Of a stretch of DNA of 64,000 nt, positions 30,808 through 40,572 are shown piece after piece (position 1 is the stretch's first letter; each line of letters begins with the position of its first letter). Source of the DNA: Planctomycetota bacterium. GTDB taxonomy: Bacteria > Planctomycetota > GCA-002687715 > CAIWVZ01. Under the pieces are notes generated by a model. The model was not told the origin of the DNA. It did not search any database and was given only the letters and a program-made list of their open reading frames with translations. The stretch lies in NCBI GenBank assembly GCA_044222185.1, contig JBGANV010000003.1, positions 224,001-288,000 of the forward strand, written 5' to 3'. A program made the position numbers and the translations under genes.

Positions 30808-31201
30808 GGGATCTCCGGGGTCTGATCGGTTTGGGCAACCTCTGCCGGGCCCGACCGGGCGTACGGCTCGCCGGGACCATGCTCTTCCCGGGACGGTGGC
30901 GCCGGATGTTAACCGTCGGCCCGCACCGATCTTTCGGGCCTTCCGTCTGGAGAGACGCCCGGATTGGGCCCACCGTTCCGGCACGTTCGGGGCGCCGCGC
31001 GAAAGGAGGCCGGACACTCAGTTTTCCTCAGGTGGCAGCTGCGGAGCCGGTCGGTGCCCCGCTTCCAGTCGTTGCCCCCTGGCGCGGATCACTTTGGATG
31101 CGGCCTGGACGAGCCTACCATCGCCGGACTTCCGCCGGCCTGACGCCCGTGCCCGAACCGGCACCCCCCCCACCACTGCCCGTTTTTCTGGAGTTCCCAC
31201 C

Positions 31202-32245
31202 ATGCGAGCCAACCGCTCGATGCTGATCCCCGCGCTGGCCTTTCTGGCACTCGCGGCCGCCCCAGCCACAGCCCAGTATCCCTTCCTCGTCATCAACGAG
31301 CTGGACGCCGACACGCCGGCCCCGCCCGCCGCAGCCACGAACGACGACCTCGAGTTCATCGAGATCTACGACGGCGGAATCGGCAACCTGCCGCTGACGG
31401 GCTACTCCCTCGTCTTCTTCAACGGCGGCGCCGGGACCGGCACGCTCTCCTACTTCGCACTGGATCTGACCGGCTCGACGGACGCGAACGGCTACTACGT
31501 CGTCGGCAACCCCCTCATCGCCGGCGCGGCGCAGACCTGGCCGCCGAACACCCTCCAGAATGGATCGGACGCCGTGGGTTTGTACTTCGGGCCGGCAGCG
31601 GCCTTCCCGAACAACACGGGAGTCACCGCGCCCGTGCTGGCGACGACCCTCGTGGACGCCGTCGTCTACCACACGTCCGACGCGCCGGCGACGGGACTGA
31701 TCGCGGCACTCACCCCAGGCCAGCCGCAAGTGAACGAGAACGCCAACAACATCAGCGCCACCGAGAGCATCGGTCGCTGTCCCAACGGCCTGGGCGGCCC
31801 GTTCACGACGAACGGATGGCTCACGTTCTCGCCGACGCCTGGCGGCCCGAATGCCTGCCCGACGGGTCCGATCTTCGGCATCTCGATCACGCAGAACCCG
31901 CCGTGCGGCGGACCGATCATCATCCAGGTGTCCGGTGCGACCCCCGGTGCGGAGATCTTCAACCTGATCTCGCTGCAATGCTCGGCGCCGGCCGGCAGCG
32001 GCGGGCTCTTCGGGCTGAGCTTCGGACCGGGATCGGGTGACCCGCTCTCGCAGTTGTTCCTGCCGATCAACTTCCCGCCGTTCCACGTCAACGCGGACTC
32101 GGGCGGTTCCTACAACCTCGGAATCCCGACGTCGGGCATCTGCCCGGGCGTATCGCTGTCGGTCGAGGCCGTGACGATCGCGGTGACCGGTACGACCATC
32201 AACGGGGTCACGCCCACCTCGGGATGCGTGCCGCTGAATCTGTGA
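31202..32245 (+). CDS. Secreted lamin-tail-like (LTD) domain protein with shared C-terminal domain
   Basis: LVINELDAD...EFIEIY...LTGYSLVFFNG...LQNGSDAVGLY...PTPGGPN; signal peptide. Confidence 0.75.
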   Translation: MRANRSMLIPALAFLALAAAPATAQYPFLVINELDADTPAPPAAATNDDLEFIEIYDGGIGNLPLTGYSLVFFNGGAGTGTLSYFALDLTGSTDANGYYVVGNPLIAGAAQTWPPNTLQNGSDAVGLYFGPAAAFPNNTGVTAPVLATTLVDAVVYHTSDAPATGLIAALTPGQPQVNENANNISATESIGRCPNGLGGPFTTNGWLTFSPTPGGPNACPTGPIFGISITQNPPCGGPIIIQVSGATPGAEIFNLISLQCSAPAGSGGLFGLSFGPGSGDPLSQLFLPINFPPFHVNADSGGSYNLGIPTSGICPGVSLSVEAVTIAVTGTTINGVTPTSGCVPLNL

Positions 32246-32286
32246 TGAAGCGGTAAGCCCGCTCCTCACGTTTCAATGATCGCCGG

Positions 32287-32320
32287 ACGGCCGCCCTCCT
32301 CGGGGCGGCCGTTTTCGTTT
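32287..32320 (+). terminator. Rho-independent terminator
   Basis: Perfect 10-bp stem ACGGCCGCCC/GGGCGGCCGT, 6-nt loop, followed by TTTCGTTT; between convergent genes. Confidence 0.75.
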
Positions 32321-32331
32321 CGCCGGGGCGT

Positions 32332-32796
32332 TCACTGCACGAGCATCTGGCGAATGAAGATCTGCTCCACGCGCCCGGTCTTCTCCGGGAACACGGTGGA
32401 CTGGACGTGGTCGAGGATCTCGTGTTTCAAGAGGAGGAGGTTCTCCTTGCCCTCGATCTCGCGCTGGGTCTTGTTCGACAGCAGCATCGTCAGTTCGTCC
32501 TTCAGGGCCATCTCGGCCTTGGTGAAGGGCGCCTTGGGATCGGGTTCCTCGGCGCCGACCTGGTATCCGATGCCGATGCCGATGACGAGGTAGCGCTGGC
32601 CCTCGGTCCCCTTCAGGTTGACCGTCAGATCCTTCAGCTCGTACTGCTGGATTCCGGACGTGTAATACGCGTCCGTTCCACGCTTCGACTTCCAGTCGAC
32701 GTGCTCTTCGTGGTGGCCGGCCTTGCCCGCGACGACGACCGCCGCCAGACCGAGAACGACGACGGCTGCGCCGCCGATGATGATCATCTTCTTCAT
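32332..32796 (-). CDS. fliL: Flagellar basal body-associated protein FliL
   Basis: N-terminal TM; LTVNL...RYL...LKDEL...LLSNKT...EGKENL..LKHEI...VEQIFIRQMLVQ matches the FliL pattern. Confidence 0.82.
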   Translation of the reverse strand: MKKMIIIGGAAVVVLGLAAVVVAGKAGHHEEHVDWKSKRGTDAYYTSGIQQYELKDLTVNLKGTEGQRYLVIGIGIGYQVGAEEPDPKAPFTKAEMALKDELTMLLSNKTQREIEGKENLLLLKHEILDHVQSTVFPEKTGRVEQIFIRQMLVQ

Positions 32797-32977
32797 GTCA
32801 CGCCCTTGCACTCACCGCGAAACCGGGACGCCTGCCGGAAAAAGTCCTCATCCTCCCTATCGCCTAAATTGCGTGCGTCGGTGAAGGCGCGAGCCCGCCC
32901 GGTTGGCCAGCGGGGTCCGGAGAAGCCGCTGCAGACGATTCCTTCTTCACGACGCGCCTCAGGCGCGGGTGGGCCGA

Positions 32978-35900
32978 TCAGGGAATCCGCACGCGAATGA
33001 GGGACGGTTCATGGGCGGGGACTTCGACCTGCGCGTCGGCCCACGTCGCGCTGCCATGGGTCACCACCACGCGCCAGGACCCCGGGATCGCGGGCAGCGT
33101 GAGCTTCGTTGGGCACTCCATGCCGGCGAAGCGGATGAGCGGCTGGTCGTGCCACACGACGCCGGCTGCGTCTTCGACCCGCATGCGGACCCCGGGGAAC
33201 CGCGCGCGCAGGATCGGATCGGTAGCGCTCAGGAGCGTTCCGTCGGCGTTGCTCCGATACTCGAACGCCAGCGCCATGGGCGTCGTCGCGAGGATCCGGA
33301 GCTCGACGCTCCGCGCGCCCACCGCGTCGACCGTGATCCGCGAGGGTGCCGAGACCCGGAACTCCGTTCGGCTGACCGCCCGCGCCATCACCCACCAGTC
33401 GCCCGGCTCCAGCCCGCGGACGGAGAACGCGCCGTCGGCCGCCACGGCGACCTCCGTCGACCGCCCCTCGACGGCTGCGCGACGGACGACGACCGACACC
33501 GTGCCTCCGGGGACCGCTCCGTCGGCATCGAGCACGTGGCCTGCGAGCGATCCACCGACTCCCAGCCTGACGGCCACGTCGATGATGGGGCGCGAGCCAT
33601 CGACGACGATCCCGTCTCGTGCCACGCGCATGGCGTGCGGCGCCCACACATGAACCGTCCACGTCCCGACGGGCGTGCCTCGGAACTCCACGATGCCAGG
33701 CCCGGTCACCTGCCCGACGCGGCCGCCCCCCGACCCGGAGACGAGTTCCGCTTCCAGCCCCGCGAGAACGGGATCGCCCGTCGTTCCATCCGTGACCGTC
33801 ACCCTCACCGTCGCGGTCGGCGTTGCCGTCGCACCAATCGTGAGCACGATCGGCGCCGAACTCGGAGAGATCTCGAACGTCTTCCACGCTGGCCCGACCC
33901 CATCCGCTTGCGCGCAGAGCTCGATGGGACCCGGCGCGAGGTCCTCGATGCGAAACTGCCCACGGGCATCGCTGGCCAGGTATCGCAGTCCCATCCGACG
34001 GCCCGTCTCAGCTTCGGCCTTCGGCGAACCGCGCGCCATCACGACGGCTCCCGCCACGGGCTCCCCCGCCGCCGTGACCACGGACCCGGAGACGACGAGC
34101 CCCCGCGACAGCACGATCCGCAAAGGAGCGCCCGCGGCGCCCATGGGAACGTCCGTCGTCACGAACCCGCTGGCACTCGCCCGCACGGTGTCGGCCGCGA
34201 CGGCCTCGCCGCTCGTCGTTCCGCTGATGGATGCGGATGCGCGGTGCCCGCGATCGACCACGATGGTGAATCCGCCGGCCGCGTCCGTCAGCACCGTGGA
34301 GGGCCACGACTGCGCTTCGATGCGAGCGCCGGCGATCGGCGTCCCCGCCTCGTCGACGACCGCTCCGCTGACGCGATCACGCCCCATGGTGAAGACGAGA
34401 TCGGGGGCCTCGATGTCGCGTCCCGTCGCTGGAACGAGGAGTTTCGGGTGGCCGGGCAGGGACGTATCGCAGCCGCAGGCCGTCAGGCGAATGCTGGTCG
34501 ACGAGGCGCGCGGAACCGCGACGGTCGCGTGTTCGTAACGACCCTCCGCATCCGTGACCGCGGCACCGCCGAGGGGCCCGCCTTCGCCGGGAACGATCCG
34601 GCCCTCGTCACCATCCGCCTCGTCGTCGGGGGCGGCGAACACGCGGACGCCGGCCACCGGTCGGCCGTCGGGATCGACCACGCGACCCGTGATCCGCAGG
34701 CAGGCGCCCAATGCGATCGACACCTGCTGCACCTCCCGCTCGCCATCCGGCATCACCACGGGACACGAACGCGGCGCGTGCCCTGGCGCGATGGCGGCGA
34801 CGCCTCCGATGACGCGTCGGCCATTGACGAACCGTGAGCTGAGCGCGGGCAGCTTGATGCCCGCCACCTCGACCGGGATCCGATCGAACCGGTACCGGCC
34901 GTCGGCGTCGGCCCGGGTCCGCTGTGCGATCCGACTGCCGAACGCGTTGCGGACTCCGACGCCGCGGATGTACCGGGTCCCTTGCGGGCCGTCCGCCATC
35001 CAGAAAACCACGTCGGCGCCCCCGATCGGTCGACCCGACGTGCGATCGAAGACGACGCCCTCCACGACGCCTCCCCGCGCGAGCACCACGTCGAGCGTCA
35101 CGACGCCCGAAGAATGCGCGGGCTGGGGCCGGAGCGGCCGGGCTTGTGGCGCGAACCCCGGCGCATCGAACGCGACGTGCGCGTCGCCGGTCGGCTCGAG
35201 GGCCGTCGCCGGCACTCCGTCCACCGAGTAGGTCCCGTCCGCGGCCGTCGTCGTGCGCGACGTGACCGGGGTCCATCCCACCATCGTCCGGTAGGTGACG
35301 GTCGCGTCGGCGATCGGGTGCCCGCCCAGGTCGGAAACGACCCCGCGGATCCGGAATGCGGCCTGGAGCACGATCGTCGTCTCGATCCCATCGGCGCGCA
35401 CGAGATCCTTGATCCCCACGGCGAACCCATCGGCCGTCGCGAGCACGTCGAACGCTCGCGCCGCAGACGGCGCCGTGATGACGAATCGCCCCGAGGCGTC
35501 CGTCACGGCGGTCGCGAGAGGAGGCGACGGCTCGCGCTCGGCGGCGCCGATCGCCACGGGAGGCCGCCGACCGGAAGCGAAGACCGAGAGCCGCGCGCCG
35601 GAGATCGGTGCGCCCCTGAGGTCGACCACTCGACCGAGGATCGCGCCCCGCTCGTCGAGCGTCGCCGCGGTCACGGAGACCGGGCGCACGACCGGTCCGT
35701 CCGGCGCCGCCGGAGTCGTCGCGGGGCTCGGCGGCATCGCCGCGTCATCGGCCGCGTCATCGGCCGCGTCGGCCGTCCGTCCGACGAGCGGCGACGGCGT
35801 CGGCGAAGCCATGAGGCCCCACCAGGCCGTGAGTCCGAGCAAGACGACCCCGAACAGCACGAGGAGCTTCTTCATCGTCACGACTCCGGCCGTTCCGGCC

Positions 35901-36511
35901 GCGGCCAGCGAAATCCCTCCGTCGACGGACGCCGACGTGAGCACGTCGACGGCGCGACCCGTGGTCCGTCCGAGCGCTGGAAGGAACGCGAGCGCCAGCG
36001 GCACGCGCTCGGATCCGCCGATGCGATCGAGCGTGGCGCCGAGCCGCCGTCGCGCTTCGTGCACGCGCCGTCCGATCGTGCCCACCTTGCAGTCGAGGAC
36101 CCGCGCCACGGCGGCGTGATCCAGGCCCTCGTCGTACACGAGGTGGAGCAGCGCCCGATCGGCCGGTGACGACCGAGCGAGGCCGGCCTCGATCCACTCG
36201 CGGAGGTCCCTCAGCCTCGACGGGTCGGGGCCGGCGACGTCGAGGAACCCGTCCTGGTCCCCCAGGCTCAGGGCGGCGGGCCGCCGCGAGTCATCGACGA
36301 TCCTGTGCCAGGCGATCCTCAGCGCGTAGGCGACGGGGCGATCCGGCGCCATGCCGTCCCGGCATTTCTCCAACAGAGCGAGCACGACCGCGGACGTCAG
36401 ATCCTCGACACGATCCGGGCCGACGAGCCGCCGCACGAACCGCCGCACGGGATCGCGCACGGCCAAGAGGACCTGATCCACGCGCGGGTCTGCTGTCGGG
36501 GTTCGCGCCAT
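32978..36511 (-). CDS. ECF sigma-70 factor fused to TM and carboxypeptidase-regulatory-like repeats
   Basis: sigma2 (VEDLTSAV, YALRIA) and sigma4 (EGLDHAAVARVL..KVGTIGRRVHEARRRL); TM; repeated GRVVDxxGxPIxGA modules. Confidence 0.85.
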   Translation of the reverse strand: MARTPTADPRVDQVLLAVRDPVRRFVRRLVGPDRVEDLTSAVVLALLEKCRDGMAPDRPVAYALRIAWHRIVDDSRRPAALSLGDQDGFLDVAGPDPSRLRDLREWIEAGLARSSPADRALLHLVYDEGLDHAAVARVLDCKVGTIGRRVHEARRRLGATLDRIGGSERVPLALAFLPALGRTTGRAVDVLTSASVDGGISLAAAGTAGVVTMKKLLVLFGVVLLGLTAWWGLMASPTPSPLVGRTADAADDAADDAAMPPSPATTPAAPDGPVVRPVSVTAATLDERGAILGRVVDLRGAPISGARLSVFASGRRPPVAIGAAEREPSPPLATAVTDASGRFVITAPSAARAFDVLATADGFAVGIKDLVRADGIETTIVLQAAFRIRGVVSDLGGHPIADATVTYRTMVGWTPVTSRTTTAADGTYSVDGVPATALEPTGDAHVAFDAPGFAPQARPLRPQPAHSSGVVTLDVVLARGGVVEGVVFDRTSGRPIGGADVVFWMADGPQGTRYIRGVGVRNAFGSRIAQRTRADADGRYRFDRIPVEVAGIKLPALSSRFVNGRRVIGGVAAIAPGHAPRSCPVVMPDGEREVQQVSIALGACLRITGRVVDPDGRPVAGVRVFAAPDDEADGDEGRIVPGEGGPLGGAAVTDAEGRYEHATVAVPRASSTSIRLTACGCDTSLPGHPKLLVPATGRDIEAPDLVFTMGRDRVSGAVVDEAGTPIAGARIEAQSWPSTVLTDAAGGFTIVVDRGHRASASISGTTSGEAVAADTVRASASGFVTTDVPMGAAGAPLRIVLSRGLVVSGSVVTAAGEPVAGAVVMARGSPKAEAETGRRMGLRYLASDARGQFRIEDLAPGPIELCAQADGVGPAWKTFEISPSSAPIVLTIGATATPTATVRVTVTDGTTGDPVLAGLEAELVSGSGGGRVGQVTGPGIVEFRGTPVGTWTVHVWAPHAMRVARDGIVVDGSRPIIDVAVRLGVGGSLAGHVLDADGAVPGGTVSVVVRRAAVEGRSTEVAVAADGAFSVRGLEPGDWWVMARAVSRTEFRVSAPSRITVDAVGARSVELRILATTPMALAFEYRSNADGTLLSATDPILRARFPGVRMRVEDAAGVVWHDQPLIRFAGMECPTKLTLPAIPGSWRVVVTHGSATWADAQVEVPAHEPSLIRVRIP

Positions 36512-36646
36512 GTGCTCGACTCATCCTACAGACGGTCGGCGCGGCGGATCCTTCGCTCGGCTCGCCGAAAACCGACGACCCGTCCGCTCTCGATCAGCTT
36601 TCGGTGAGCGACGTCGTTCCGCCCGATGACTCCGCCGGGGCGGCGC

Positions 36647-37399
36647 TCAACGCACCGCGAGCCAGTACACGCTGGACGCGCTCACGTGGCCGCCCGGTAG
36701 GCCGATCACGACGCCCACCGGCGAACCGCCCGCCGGGGCGAGCCCATCGCCAGCAGGCAAGGGCATCCACAGCCGGCTCACGCGGTAGCTCCCGTTGGGC
36801 GCACCGATGTCCTCCTCCGTGACGAGGCACCCATCGACCCCGTCGGTCGCCGCGAACGTGCCGAGCGGCGTCCCGTCCTTGTCCACGAAGGTGATGCGCG
36901 CCGAGCGGATCGCCGGCGGCAGCAACGCGAGGACCCCACGGGGCCGCGCCTCGAACGGGCCGGCGGGCTCCAGGCACACGGGCGTCCCGCCCGCGAGCGT
37001 CACGCGCCACAACTCGGTCTGCGCCGTGCGATCGCCGTCCGTGCCGGTCGTGCGCCGCGGCATGAAGGCCATGATGCCGAGCGCCGCGATGCCGCAGAGG
37101 AAGAGGATCCGCTTGTTGCGCGCCTTGACGTAGGCAGGGTCCAGGCGGCGTACGGGCTGCGACGCCTCCGGCTCCGCTTCGACGCTCGGTTCGTCCATCG
37201 GATCGACGGACTCGGGGCGCACCCATTCGGCGGCGTGGCCGTGCTCGCCCCGACCGGGCTTCCACGACTCGGCGAGTTCGCGGAAGGCCGTGCGGCAGTC
37301 AGGGCACCCCCGGACGTGGGCGAGTGTCCGCGACGCGGCGCGATCCTCGACCTCGCCGCGGATCACCTTCCGAATGGTCCCTCGTTGCGGACACGACAT
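36647..37399 (-). CDS. Membrane protein with N-terminal zf-HC2 (anti-sigma-like) motif
   Basis: MSC...HVRGCPDC ZAS-type HxxxCxxC; TM (ILFLCGIAALGIMAF). Confidence 0.6.
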   Translation of the reverse strand: MSCPQRGTIRKVIRGEVEDRAASRTLAHVRGCPDCRTAFRELAESWKPGRGEHGHAAEWVRPESVDPMDEPSVEAEPEASQPVRRLDPAYVKARNKRILFLCGIAALGIMAFMPRRTTGTDGDRTAQTELWRVTLAGGTPVCLEPAGPFEARPRGVLALLPPAIRSARITFVDKDGTPLGTFAATDGVDGCLVTEEDIGAPNGSYRVSRLWMPLPAGDGLAPAGGSPVGVVIGLPGGHVSASSVYWLAVR

Positions 37400-37540
37400 G
37401 CTCCGACTTTCGGCAGGAAGCGGAGTCAAATCGGAGCCAGCGTGCGGGAAACCCGCCGCGCGGCCCTGGCGGAGCGCCGCCCCCCACCAGCCGTGTCCGA
37501 GGATGCATGCGGCGTCGCTCGGAAGTGCGGGCCCGCGGGA

Positions 37541-39028
37541 CTACTGCACGTGCGCCTTGAACTGAGCGGCCATCTCCTTGTCGATCCGCTTCACGAGATC
37601 CGGGGTCATCATGCTGCCGTGGTCGCCGGGCACGATCTCGACGACGGCGTCGGCGGAGATGTCGGCGAGGTCCTTCTTGAGCAGCTTCACGGCGCCCTCG
37701 AGATAGAAGGTGTCCATGTCGCCCATGTAGACGTGGATCTTGCCGTTGAGCTTGGGAGCGAGCGACTTCCACTGGGTCCGCAGCGTGAGACCGATGTCGA
37801 ACTTCTTCCAGGTCTCGGCCGTTGCTGTGTCGACCTCGCCCGTGTCCCGGTTCCAAAGCCGTCGCGGCTTGCCGTCCGCCATCTTCGGACTGAACACCAT
37901 CTCGAACGATTCGAGCTGTTCGCCGCGCAGCGGACGTTCCATGTCGCTGAACTGGCGGTAGGTCACCATGACTCGATCGCCCTGGCGTGCCAGCGGGCGC
38001 GGCTGGCCCGAGCCGTCGACGAACATGTTCGACCCCTTGGTGTAGAGGTCGATGCGCTGGAAGTCGCGGAAGTCCACGGGATCGGGGCTCGTGGACCAGC
38101 AGCCGCCGAAGACGTTCGGGTAGGTGACCTGCAACCACAGGCTCGACCAGCCGCCGCTCGAGTGGCCCGTGACGAAGCGAGCCTCGGGCCGGCCGATCCC
38201 GCGGAACTGCGCCTCCACGTGCGGGATGAGCTCGGTCGTCAATGCCGCGCCCCACGGCCCGTTGTTCTCGCTGTCGGCAAACACGCAGTGCCCGCCGGGA
38301 CACGACGGGTCGAGCAGCACGCGAATGAAGGGCTGTCCGTCACGCACCGTCCGCATGTCGCCCGAGCTCCCGCCCGCGCGCGAGTGATCGCCGCCGAATC
38401 CCGGGATCTCGTAGATCACGGGGAACTTCTGTTCGGGGCTCGCGAGCGACGCCTTCGGCAGGATCACGGCGCAGTTGATGGTCGTCGGTCGTCCGTAGAA
38501 AGCCGACAGGAGCTTCGACTCGAGGCGAACTTCCTTCGTTCGATCCGAGTCCTTGAACGGTCGGCGCACGATCGTTTGATCGCAGACGATCGCGACGACG
38601 CCGGACTTCGCGGGATCGAGGTCGAGTGACACGGTCTTGGAGTAGACGTTCCCCGCCGTCGCCCCGATGGACCGGCCTCCGAGGTTGCGATCGACGACGG
38701 CCTGGACGTTCCACTTGCCGGGCTTCAACGCCGACGGCTTGCCGGGAAACCCGATGGCGTTGCGATCGTCGATGATCATCGCCGCGCCTGGCGCGACGGC
38801 GGCGAAGTCTGCCGCATACATGGGCTCGGGACGAAACCAGTTCGGACCCCGCCGTGGCTCATCCGCCTGTTGTGAGAGGAACACGACGACGCGACCGGTG
38901 AACGGCGTCGAGAGCGCCGCGGTGGGCACGGTCACCGAGAACCCGAATGCCGGTCGCGACTCCTGCGCGATCGATCCGGCCACGACGACGGCGAGGGCGA
39001 AGAGGATGCGACGAATGGCTGCTGGCAT
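37541..39028 (-). CDS. Secreted alpha/beta hydrolase (esterase family, Fes-like)
   Basis: GHSSGG nucleophile, FADSENNGPWG, GDMDTFYL, GDHGS; signal peptide. Confidence 0.82.
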   Translation of the reverse strand: MPAAIRRILFALAVVVAGSIAQESRPAFGFSVTVPTAALSTPFTGRVVVFLSQQADEPRRGPNWFRPEPMYAADFAAVAPGAAMIIDDRNAIGFPGKPSALKPGKWNVQAVVDRNLGGRSIGATAGNVYSKTVSLDLDPAKSGVVAIVCDQTIVRRPFKDSDRTKEVRLESKLLSAFYGRPTTINCAVILPKASLASPEQKFPVIYEIPGFGGDHSRAGGSSGDMRTVRDGQPFIRVLLDPSCPGGHCVFADSENNGPWGAALTTELIPHVEAQFRGIGRPEARFVTGHSSGGWSSLWLQVTYPNVFGGCWSTSPDPVDFRDFQRIDLYTKGSNMFVDGSGQPRPLARQGDRVMVTYRQFSDMERPLRGEQLESFEMVFSPKMADGKPRRLWNRDTGEVDTATAETWKKFDIGLTLRTQWKSLAPKLNGKIHVYMGDMDTFYLEGAVKLLKKDLADISADAVVEIVPGDHGSMMTPDLVKRIDKEMAAQFKAHVQ

Positions 39029-39100
39029 GGGAGGTACCTCGGGCGAGGTCGCCGTTGTAGCTCCGTTTCCGGCGCTCCCCATTCACGACGGGTGGCGGTT

Positions 39101-39500
39101 CTACCAGAGGACGATGCGTCGCGCGGGAGTGAGGCCGTAGCCGAGGGGCACCGCGGAGTCGAAGACGCCCACGTGGGCGAAGACCATCACGCCGAACAGG
39201 GCGGGCAGGTTCGGCAGCGGAATCGGGAAGGTCGCCGCGCCCAGGGCATCGATGGTTGACTGCATCGCGAGCACCAGCGCCGACGAGCCTGGATCCAAGG
39301 GGACGCCGGCGGGCGCCGCGCTTCTTGGGCCGGCGTTCACAGGCCCACCGTCGGCGACGCGCGACTCCCGTCGCGCCCGTTCGAATCGCCGCCCTTACTC
39401 TGCACGCCAAGCGAGAGCGCGGTCCGTGGATGGACCGTCTCGGAAGTGCGTCGAGGTCCAGGCCCGACGAGGTCGAGGGGCAACCGTTTCCTGGCTGGCT
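39101..39500 (-). pseudogene. Frameshifted remnant of a secreted protein (shared C-terminal domain only)
   Basis: Domain pieces in different frames: PGNGCPSTSSGLDL / TALSLGVQ / LDPGSSALV...DALGAATFPIPLPNLPALFG...RRIVLW*; no signal peptide or N-terminal domain. Confidence 0.5.
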
Positions 39501-39651
39501 TGCGATGGCGCGCCAATCCGGGAGTGCCAGACGGCCGTGATGCAGGGCGTCGATCCCGACGCGAAAACGCGAGGACGGGCGCGTCGACAACGGTCCACCC
39601 CACGCTCCGCGACGACGTTGCCGCCGTCGCACCGCCACCCCGCGCCGCGAC

Positions 39652-40572
39652 TCAGGGCAGGAACGTGATCACGACGGCTCGGCGACCCCAACGGTTCTGA
39701 GCGAGCGGAGGTGCACCCGCGCGGGTCGCCGCGCCGAGCGTCAACATGCCATGGGCGACGCAGCGTATACGCTTCTTGTTCACGCCACCGCGGACCAGGT
39801 AGTCCCGCACCGCCACGGCGCGAGCCTCCGAAATGTCCCAGCCGTCGTCGGGGCTCGCGCCTTCCTCGAACGCGTACCCGTCGATGCGGACCTCGAACGA
39901 CGCCGCGGAGATCCCGCGCGCCAGTTCGTCGAGGAACGACGCGTGTCCGCTCGTCAGCGCCGTCGAATCCTGGTCGAAGATCAGCGGAGCGGGCAGCGTA
40001 GACGAACCCTTCTTCGCCATGGCGTCGACGATCACCTTCCGCATGGTGTCGCGGTTCGAATCGAGGATGCGCCCGTCAGGCTCGGCGAGCGTCTTCGTGT
40101 TGATCGAGGCTCCAGGGCGATACACGACGCGCCCCGCGTGAAACTGCACCGGCACGTGCGCGCCCTTCATGCTCCCGAGCGACCCGATCGGAGAGATCCC
40201 CCGCTGGATGGACCCGAGGCCGTCCTCGAGGAGGATCCCCTGCTGCTTGGACGCGAAGGCCGTCAGCAGGATGAAGAAGCACATGAGATTCGTCATGGTG
40301 TCGGCGAACGACAGCAGCCACAGCGGAGCGCTCGGGCCGAAGTCGGGGTGGTGCTCGGCGTGCTTCTTGTGGTGGCCGTGGCCGCCGTGTCCCCCACCGT
40401 GCTCGCCACCATGCCCACCGTCGCCTCCATGTCCGCCGCCGTGACCGTCACCATGCCCGCCACCGCCGTGTTTCTCGGCGCCGTCCTTGTGCCCGGCATC
40501 GTGCTTGGCGGCGTGCCCGTCCTTCGGCTTGGCCGGCGCATGCTCCTTGGGGCTTGCGGGCGCAGCGCTCAC
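39652..40572 (-). CDS. motB: Flagellar stator MotB paralog 2 (His/Gly-rich N-terminus)
   Basis: WLLSFADTMTNLMCFFILL TM with conserved Asp; OmpA-like WDISEARAVAVRDYL. Confidence 0.85.
   Translation of the reverse strand: MSAAPASPKEHAPAKPKDGHAAKHDAGHKDGAEKHGGGGHGDGHGGGHGGDGGHGGEHGGGHGGHGHHKKHAEHHPDFGPSAPLWLLSFADTMTNLMCFFILLTAFASKQQGILLEDGLGSIQRGISPIGSLGSMKGAHVPVQFHAGRVVYRPGASINTKTLAEPDGRILDSNRDTMRKVIVDAMAKKGSSTLPAPLIFDQDSTALTSGHASFLDELARGISAASFEVRIDGYAFEEGASPDDGWDISEARAVAVRDYLVRGGVNKKRIRCVAHGMLTLGAATRAGAPPLAQNRWGRRAVVITFLP

Noticed and set aside
32978-39651. Mobile element or genomic island call
   Set aside because: No integrase, transposase, tRNA target or terminal repeats seen.
40365-40470. 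Short tandem DNA repeats
   Set aside because: Coding low-complexity Gly/His tract of MotB2; treated at the protein level.
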